A stretch of 64,000 nucleotides of DNA. Source: a bacterium. GTDB lineage: Bacteria; UBA8248. Each line of letters begins with the position of its first letter. Within the stretch, counting starts at the first letter, position 1. The translations under genes were made by a program, and so were the position numbers. The DNA is taken from contig OY843592.1 in the NCBI GenBank assembly GCA_963692865.2, positions 3,104,001 to 3,168,000 of the forward strand, in the 5' to 3' direction. The notes below the pieces were generated by a model. The model had not been told where the DNA came from and made no database searches. It saw only the letters and a list, made by a program, of their open reading frames with translations. Positions 61,794-64,000 of the stretch are shown here, one piece after another.

Positions 61794-62645
61794 GTGTCGA
61801 AATTCATTCGCGTCGCCCATAGCCCGGATTCGGACGACGCCTTCATGTTCCACGCCCTGGCGAACGGGAAGATCGCGCAGGGAGAATATGAATTCATCCA
61901 CGAACTCCACGACATCGAAACGCTGAACCAGGCCGCCTTCGAGGGCAAATACGAGGTGAGCGCCGTCAGCTTTCACGCGTATTGCCACCTGGCGGATCGC
62001 TACGCCATTTTGCCGCACGGGGCGAGTTTCGGGGAGAATTACGGCCCCGTCATCATCTCGCGCGAGCCGATGACGCCCGAGGCGCTCCGGGACGTGGAAA
62101 TCGCCATCCCGGGTCTTCTCACGACGGCCTATCTCACGCTTCGCCTCTATCTGGGGGGCGAGGAGCCCGAACACCGCGTGGTGCATTTCGACCAGATCAT
62201 GGACGAGGTGAAAAAAGGAGTCTCTCCGGCGGGGCTTCTCATTCACGAGGGCCAGCTCACTTACGAGGATGAGGGTTTTCATCTCGTGGAGGATCTCGGC
62301 AAGTGGTGGATGCGAGAAACCGAAGGTCCCCTGCCCCTGGGCTGCAACGTCATCCGAAAAGATTTGGGACCCGAGGTCGTGAGTGAGGTGAGCCGTCTGC
62401 TTCACCAGAGCATCGTCTACGCGCTCGAGAACCGGGACGAGGCGCTCGACCACGCCATGGCCTACGCCAGGGATTTGCCGCGTGAGAAGGCGGACGTATT
62501 CGTCGGCATGTACGTGAACGAATGGACGCGTTCATACGGCGAAGCCGGGCGGAAGGCCGTTTCCACGCTGTTGAACCGCGCCGCCGAGGCGTGCATTATA
62601 CCGGAGAAAATTGAGCCGGAATTCGTGTCTTCCCCCAGCGGCTGA
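61794..62645 (+). CDS. mqnD: 1,4-dihydroxy-6-naphthoate synthase (futalosine pathway)
   Basis: AHSPDSDDAFMF, DIETLN, GLLIHEG, PLPLG, FVGMYVN. Confidence 0.88.
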   Translation: MSKFIRVAHSPDSDDAFMFHALANGKIAQGEYEFIHELHDIETLNQAAFEGKYEVSAVSFHAYCHLADRYAILPHGASFGENYGPVIISREPMTPEALRDVEIAIPGLLTTAYLTLRLYLGGEEPEHRVVHFDQIMDEVKKGVSPAGLLIHEGQLTYEDEGFHLVEDLGKWWMRETEGPLPLGCNVIRKDLGPEVVSEVSRLLHQSIVYALENRDEALDHAMAYARDLPREKADVFVGMYVNEWTRSYGEAGRKAVSTLLNRAAEACIIPEKIEPEFVSSPSG

Positions 62646-62662
62646 CGAGCGGAGGCGGATTC

Positions 62663-63046
62663 ATGCTGGAAGGAATGCACCACATATCCATCAGCGTCGA
62701 TGACCTCGAAGAAGCACGCGATTTCTACGCCGGACTCCTGGAACTCGCGGAAATCGACCGTCCGAATCTGCCGAACCCGGGCTACTGGTTCCAGGCGGGG
62801 GCCTGCCAGCTTCATCTCACGGGACGCCGGGACCGCGCGAGCGAAACGAGCGTTCCGGGCACCGGGGCCGGGGAAACCCACTTCGCCTTCGCGGCGTCGG
62901 ACTTGGAACCAGTAAAGAAAAGGCTCGAAATTGCGGGCGTGGACGTAAAAGACGGGGTCAACGCCGGGCTGGGACTACGGCAACTGTTCTTCAGAGACCC
63001 CTCGGACAACCTCGTGGAAGTGTTCTGCACGCTCGAAGAGTCATGA
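62663..63046 (+). CDS. VOC/glyoxalase family protein
   Basis: HHISISV..FYAGLL..HFAF..FFRDPSDNLVE. Confidence 0.88.
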   Translation: MLEGMHHISISVDDLEEARDFYAGLLELAEIDRPNLPNPGYWFQAGACQLHLTGRRDRASETSVPGTGAGETHFAFAASDLEPVKKRLEIAGVDVKDGVNAGLGLRQLFFRDPSDNLVEVFCTLEES

Positions 63047-63070
63047 TGGAAACCGCGAAAGACCCATCCG

Positions 63071-64000
63071 ATGCCGAAACCCGATAATTATTCATCCGGC
63101 TTCTCCCGCCGATCCTTCCTCTTGGGCCTCGGCGCGGCGGCCCTGAGTTTCTCGCCTCGAAGCGCCTGGAGCACGGAAGAGAAAAAGCTGAATTTCTATA
63201 ACTGGGACACCTACATCGGCGAAACCACGCTGGCCGATTTCAAGGCCGCAAGCGGAATCGAAGTGAAAATGGATCTGTTCGCCGACAACGATGAACTGTT
63301 CGCCAAACTCCAAAAAGGCAACCCCGGCTATGACGTGATCGTGCCGACCAACAACTACGTCGAACGCATGATCGCCGCCGGCTTACTGATGCCGTTTGAT
63401 CATTCCCTGATCCCCAACAGGATGAATATCGACCCGGTTTTCCGGGACGCCGCCTATGATCCGGGCCGCAAGTACTCCCAGCCCTACATGTGGGGCACGG
63501 CCGGCGTCGGCTATCGCAAATCCCGCGTCGAGGGCGTGCCGGACAGCTGGAAATGGCTGCTCGCCTCGGATAAATACAAGGGCCGCATCTCCCTCCTGGG
63601 CGATAAGAGCACTACGATTCAGATGGGCCTCAAACTGCTGGGCCATTCCCTGAACGCCACCGACCCCGCCCTGATAAAGCGGGTCGAGGAGATGCTCATC
63701 CGCCAGAAACCCCACGTGAAGGCGTTCGCCGATGACGACGGGCAAGATTTGCTGCTCGCGGGCGAAGTCGATCTGGCCATGGAATGGAACGGCGACATTC
63801 TGCAGGTCATGAAGAAAGACGCCGACATCGGCTACGTCGTGCCCAAAGAAGGCGGATTGTTGTGGCAGGATTGCCTGTGCATTCCCAAAGGCGCGCCGCA
63901 TCCTGAAAACGCGCATAAGTTCATCGATTTTCTTCTGAGAGCCGACATGGGCGCCTCTATCGCCGATTTCATCCAGTACGCCACCCCCAACGCGGCGGCG
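63071..64000 (+). CDS. Spermidine/putrescine ABC transporter substrate-binding protein (PotD-like; runs off right edge, not in ORF track)
   Basis: Manual translation MPKPDNYSSGFSRRSFLL (Tat)..LNFYNWDTYIG..GYDVIVP..PYMWGT..WNGD..VPKEG. Confidence 0.9.
   Translation, partial: MPKPDNYSSGFSRRSFLLGLGAAALSFSPRSAWSTEEKKLNFYNWDTYIGETTLADFKAASGIEVKMDLFADNDELFAKLQKGNPGYDVIVPTNNYVERMIAAGLLMPFDHSLIPNRMNIDPVFRDAAYDPGRKYSQPYMWGTAGVGYRKSRVEGVPDSWKWLLASDKYKGRISLLGDKSTTIQMGLKLLGHSLNATDPALIKRVEEMLIRQKPHVKAFADDDGQDLLLAGEVDLAMEWNGDILQVMKKDADIGYVVPKEGGLLWQDCLCIPKGAPHPENAHKFIDFLLRADMGASIADFIQYATPNAAA

Noticed and set aside
6148-63916. Many long antisense or alternate-frame ORFs (e.g. 17035-18603, 25369-27288, 43052-44737, 35189-36562)
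   Set aside because: They are shadows of GC3-biased genes on the opposite strand or frame and show no recognisable motifs.

Overview
Bacterial chromosomal window, GC-rich over most of its length but visibly lower-GC over the first ~6 kb. No rRNA, tRNA or CRISPR was seen. Housekeeping genes (rplU-rpmA-obgE-proB-nadD, mnmA, leuA, rsmD, pepA, mqnD) are interleaved with many catabolic genes (3 MmgE/PrpD, SDRs, 2-oxoacid dehydrogenase E1/E2, amidohydrolases, MFS). Highlights: (1) three selenoprotein genes that the ORF track splits at in-frame UGA codons (GrdB, GrdA and an iodothyronine-deiodinase-like protein), two with clear SECIS-like hairpins 11 nt after the UGA; (2) a non-canonical glycine-reductase-like cluster (UxxG instead of UxxC, proprotein without the pyruvoyl-forming Cys, no grdD or thioredoxin in the window, MmgE/PrpD appended) split by a decayed IS1595 element carrying a restriction-modification pair; (3) a second RM pair inside the dehydrogenase operon; (4) an ABC-ATPase/TOPRIM-like defence pair with an amber stop, bracketed by long inverted repeats; (5) mosaic intergenic islands of several palindromic repeat families inside IS-like terminal repeats; (6) a DARS-like DnaA-box triad, a stand-alone ~215-nt transcription unit, a duplicated pepA 3' end, and a surface lipoprotein with an inserted glycoside-hydrolase domain. 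All family assignments come from motif recognition by eye, not database searches.
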